NCBI GenBank assembly: GCA_043827405.1
Contig: JBDRPD010000035.1
Span: 1 to 46,660, forward strand
Source: Elusimicrobiota bacterium
Lineage (GTDB): Bacteria; Elusimicrobiota; Elusimicrobia; UBA1565
DNA length: 46,660 nucleotides
Direction: 5' to 3'
Shown here in pieces: positions 45,063 to 46,660 of the stretch (positions within the stretch are counted from its first letter, which is position 1; each line of letters begins with the position of its first letter). The translations under genes and the position numbers were made by a program. The notes beneath the pieces are model-generated. The model was not told the DNA's origin, did not search any database, and saw only the letters and a list, made by a program, of their open reading frames with translations.

Positions 45063-46660
45063 ATGAACAGGCGCAGCGAAAAAGGCTCGATCCTGCTCGA
45101 AAACGTCCTCGCCATGCTGATCATGACCATCGCGGGGCTGGCGCTCATCGGCATGGTGCAGCGGTCCATGGTGGTTACCTTCAAAGCGCGCGAGCAGGTG
45201 AACTGCACGCGCCTGGTGCAGACCGGCTTCGCCCGCATCAAGAGCCTGGACTTCTACTACCTCTTCGCCGCCGATTCCAGCCAGGCGAACTACGGCTTGC
45301 AGGCCTCCTACCCTTACCGCTCGGTCTTGGACGGCCTGCGGATCTCGCTGGGCGCCGCGCGCTTTGACCGCTTTCGCATTGCGACCGAGTTCATGCGCCG
45401 CGACTTCTCGGACGCCGACGGCGACGGCAGCACGGCGGACCTGATCGCCTTCACCGACCTCAACACGGACCTCGAGGACGACTTCGATCCCAATATCCGC
45501 TACTTCGACCAAAACGGCGATGCCGACTACTACGACACCTATACCTCCGGGGGACGCATCGTGGCCGAACAGCCCGACACCCATATAAAGAAGGTCACCT
45601 TGGATATCTTCCGCAACGGCCGCCGGGCTTGCTCGCAGACCGAATACGTATCGCTGGAGCAGTTCACCGGTGAGCCGAACCCCTCCAGCGAGTCGGTTCT
45701 GCGCCTACTGGTCAATACCCCGGCCAACGGCGGATATATTTACCGCCGCGACTCGGCCGGCCAGCAAAATTCCCGGGACCTGGCCATTTCCAAGGCCTAT
45801 CCGGCGGAGATCGCGCAGTACCGCGCCGACACCTCTGTCTGGCTGGCCATCAACGGCGAAACCGATCCGCTGGCCACCGTGCGCTTCTACGTCGGAAACA
45901 GCGCCGAACTCGCCGCTACCGACGCCGACGCCCTGGGCGCCTTTGCGGACGCACCGCTCGCCGTCACCCAAGCCCTGGTCGAAGGCACGAATGTCCTGCG
46001 GGCCCAAGCGGTCAAAGACTCCTATACATCGCCCATTATGCAGCGGACCTTGGTCTACGACCTGGTGCCGCCGACCACCTCGGGGGAAACGCCGACGGGG
46101 ACGGCCGTCAGCTACACGCCTTTCGTCGGTGTTGATCTGGCGGATACCGGCGCTTCCACCGACGCCGTGAGCGGCATTTGTCCCGACATAATCACCATGA
46201 AGGTGAACGGCCAGGAGGTAACCGCGATCTTCGACGGCGGGACACTGGTATGGATCGATTCGACCACGCAAACCGTCCCGGTGCTGACCGCGGGAACCTA
46301 TAACGTCGAGGTCGAGGCGGGAGACTATGCGGGCTACAAACTTGCGGCTTCATGGTCCTTCACCGTGGAGGTCCCCGTCACCGACCACTCCGCCCCGGCG
46401 ACTGCGGACCCCACGCCCAGCGGCACCGCAGGCTCGCGTCTGCCGGTGATATCGCTCAAAGTATTCGACAACCAGAGCGGGATCATTCCGTCGAGCATCG
46501 TCATGAAGGTGGACGGGATCACCGTGGTGGACGCAGCGAATATCGACGCGGCCTACGACGCCGGGGAAGACCTGGTCTCCTACACTCCGCCCGCCGAGTT
46601 CGCCGCGGGCAGCGCCCATACCGTGGAAGTCTCAGCCAGCCACTGGGCAACCGATCCGGC
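45063..46660 (+). CDS. Large prepilin-like protein with Ig-like domains; 3' truncated and absent from the ORF track
   Basis: MNRRSEKG|SILLENVLAMLIMTIAGLALIG (G-1, E+5, hydrophobic helix). Frame is open to the window end. DADGDG and DQNGD motifs; D..PP / SGI....I.MKVDG Ig-like repeats. Alternative start 45054. Confidence 0.85.
   Translation, partial: MNRRSEKGSILLENVLAMLIMTIAGLALIGMVQRSMVVTFKAREQVNCTRLVQTGFARIKSLDFYYLFAADSSQANYGLQASYPYRSVLDGLRISLGAARFDRFRIATEFMRRDFSDADGDGSTADLIAFTDLNTDLEDDFDPNIRYFDQNGDADYYDTYTSGGRIVAEQPDTHIKKVTLDIFRNGRRACSQTEYVSLEQFTGEPNPSSESVLRLLVNTPANGGYIYRRDSAGQQNSRDLAISKAYPAEIAQYRADTSVWLAINGETDPLATVRFYVGNSAELAATDADALGAFADAPLAVTQALVEGTNVLRAQAVKDSYTSPIMQRTLVYDLVPPTTSGETPTGTAVSYTPFVGVDLADTGASTDAVSGICPDIITMKVNGQEVTAIFDGGTLVWIDSTTQTVPVLTAGTYNVEVEAGDYAGYKLAASWSFTVEVPVTDHSAPATADPTPSGTAGSRLPVISLKVFDNQSGIIPSSIVMKVDGITVVDAANIDAAYDAGEDLVSYTPPAEFAAGSAHTVEVSASHWATDP

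Noticed and set aside
1..46660. CRISPR array, cas genes, integrase, transposase, prophage
   Set aside because: No regularly spaced direct repeats and no recognisable motifs for these proteins.

Overview
GC-rich bacterial chromosomal segment with about 45 protein genes and one tRNA-Arg(UCU). I found no CRISPR array, integrase, transposase or phage gene. The gene style suggests a free-living diderm such as Elusimicrobiota (FN3 surface protein with a CHU_C-type tail, CPAF-like protease, GYF_2 coiled-coil protein, large prepilin-like protein); this is inference only. Routine content: two-component genes, a peptidoglycan turnover trio (M23 peptidase, NagZ, UppP), HtrA, an aminotransferase, MscS, PanD, an Ala-Glu epimerase and a FolD-family enzyme. 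The most notable items are: (i) a stand-alone, signal-peptide-bearing RNase-A-fold (CdiA-CT-like) toxin with a CdiI-like immunity gene and its own sigma70 promoter (16731-17725); (ii) a Rieske/cytochrome b operon whose cytochrome b is fused to a seven-heme c domain, convergent with a Tat-type GMC dehydrogenase pair that has no cytochrome subunit beside it; (iii) two back-to-back 23-bp hairpins with unrelated stems but nearly complementary loops (39363-39551); (iv) a 65-aa CNOT4-like C4C4 RING finger; (v) a Chlamydia CPAF-like protease; (vi) pervasive leaderless-type promoters and a recurrent TRGG-N8-CCYA palindrome. All family assignments come from motif recognition by eye; no database search was run.
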